From Convolutriloba macropyga (lineage: Eukaryota), in contig NC_134468.1 of the NCBI RefSeq assembly GCF_964194025.1, forward strand, positions 75,206,001-75,270,000: DNA of 64,000 nt, read 5' to 3'. Positions 62,302 to 64,000 of the stretch are shown here, piece after piece. The notes below the pieces were generated by a model that saw only the letters and a program-made list of their open reading frames with translations, ran no database searches and was not told the DNA's origin. The stretch's first letter is position 1; every line of letters starts with the position of its first letter. The translations under genes and the position numbers were made by a program.

Positions 62302-62782
62302 CGTATTTTTGTTTTATTAATAGCCGCACAGCGATAGCTGGGGCTGTTATTGGCCTTCTCTGGATTTTTTTATTTCGCTGCCAAGATTTTTGTTACTACT
62401 ACATGGCGTCACAATTACTTGAAATCTGCCTTTTGTTCATTCGTTAATGCAATTTCAACTGGACTTCGTGCGTGACGTCATTTCTCACTCTTAGTGGAGC
62501 GAGTTTTTTGTTCATTAGCGTGATTAATTGATCTCAAACGAAGTTTCTAGCAATTATATTAGTCCTGTCGGTCTTTTTTTATGCGATTTTTCGCTTGACC
62601 GATTTTTCGTCTGACGCTTTTGACTTTTCGTCCTCAAGAACGGGATAAACAGGTAGCGCCCAGCGGGCATTAAGTGCTCTTAGAGCCTTTCAGCTCTGTT
62701 TCAGCTCAAATTGTTTTGGAGACTTATACTTATGGTGTGAAGGGCGGTTCTTAGAGGTTGAAGACACCACACCAGCACTTGA

Positions 62783-62866
62783 CCCCCCTCTATTGCCCCC
62801 AACCGGCGCTGTTATCCCCCCACCCCCCTCCCTCCCAGTGCACCCCCCCCCCCCCCCCCCCCCCCC
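62783..62866 (-). repeat. C-rich tract with a C24 run (G-quadruplex-forming potential on minus strand)
   Basis: Several C5-C6 runs plus a 24-nt C run at 62843-62866. Confidence 0.85.
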
Positions 62867-62899
62867 GGGTGGCTACTGACGAACAACCGATCGCTAAAA

Positions 62900-64000
62900 A
62901 ACGCAATTTTATACTAATTTTTGCAATTTTTTTCAAGCTTTTTGAAAATTTTTGTCGATTTCTGAGTTCTTTCAGCCCTGGGTGTCAAGGAACCTCATCT
63001 AGGGTTTTATAATAGGTTCCTGCATAGTTTCTAGTGGTAGTGCAATTGTTTCAACAATTTTAAACATCACAAATTTTGGCATTTGACAAAACGTGCAAAT
63101 TTTTTTCAATTTTTTTCATTCATTATTCACGTCTTTCCGGACGCAGGGGGCAGAACACTTTCTTAAGGGTTTGATAATAGTTTACCGAAAAAAAAATTAT
63201 TTGCCATGTTACAGCTTACAATTTTTTAATATGACAAATTTAAGCAATTTTTTTTGATAAAACTTGCATTTTTTTCGTGTTTTGAAATTTAGGATTTTCC
63301 GGTCTCAAGAGCCAGCGAACCTCCTGCAGGATTTGGTAATAGGTTACTGCATTGCTTCAAGTGGTAATAGAATGGTATTCAGCGTTTTGACATCAAGAAC
63401 TTTGGAAATTTTTTGATGAAACCTGCAATTTTTTTTCAAATTTTAAAATTTATTGTAATTATCTAAGTTTTCCGAGACCCAGTAGCCAGGATGTCTCCTA
63501 TAGCGTTTGATAATAAGGTAATGAATTATTTGATTGGCCATGGAATGGTTTTCATCTTTTTATTACAAATTTTTGCAAACTTTTGATAAAACTTGCAATT
63601 TTTAGTTTTTTTTAAAAATTTAGGTTTTAGGTTAAGTTTTTAGGTTTCTGCGACCTCAAGGGCCACCCAACCTCCACCAGGGTTTGATAATAGGTTACTG
63701 CATAGTTTCTAGTGGTAATGGAATGGTTTTTCAACATTTTACTATCACGAATTTTAGCAATTTTTTTGACAAAATCTGCAATTTTTTCAAGTTTTTTGAA
63801 AATTTGTCATTTTTTAGGTTTCTCCAACCTGAAGTGCCAGCGTCTGATTATTACTGCTTAGCTTCTAGATGTAATTGAATGTTTTTAGAGATTTTAGTGT
63901 CAACAATTTTTAAAAATATTTGCAGTTTTTCAAGTTTTTTGAATCTTTTTGAATTTTTTTATCATTTTCCGGCACCAGGGTCCTAGTTCTCCTCCAAGCT
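62900..64000. repeat. Diverged ~165-177 bp tandem satellite, at least 6 units, running off the window
   Basis: GGGTTTGATAATAGGTTACTGCATAG-like anchor at ~63002, 63167, 63330, 63503, 63680 and 63845. Confidence 0.85.

Noticed and set aside
62758-63012. Proline-rich ORF
   Set aside because: Translation of the poly-C tract; no splice or homology support.

Overview
AT-rich eukaryotic (metazoan-type) genomic DNA with GT-AG introns. The window has two parts. (1) Positions 1 to ~42.4 kb contain no intact host gene and are almost entirely decayed transposon sequence. There is a ~22 kb imperfect inverted duplication centred near 13.2 kb, built from repeated BEL/Pao LTR-PBS-gag and LINE fragments. Its right arm runs into a near full-length but dead BEL/Pao element (20.9-27.6 kb). 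Tandem LINE/LTR mosaic units follow, then a Penelope-like remnant with a Cys-rich insertion inside its RT and a CRE-type (RLE) non-LTR remnant. Two non-autonomous DNA transposons with TIRs and TSDs sit in the left arm. (2) From 43.0 kb to the end lies the 5' part of an SMG6/EST1A gene: 10 phase-consistent exons covering the N-terminal low-complexity region and the EST1/TPR domain, with the PIN domain beyond the window. Its introns hold a tRNA-derived SINE, several Helentron/HINE-like elements, a 1.73 kb tandem duplication and a ~170 bp satellite. Most short ORFs in the supplied track are TE fragments or noise. Family assignments come from motif recognition by eye, and boundaries of decayed elements are approximate.
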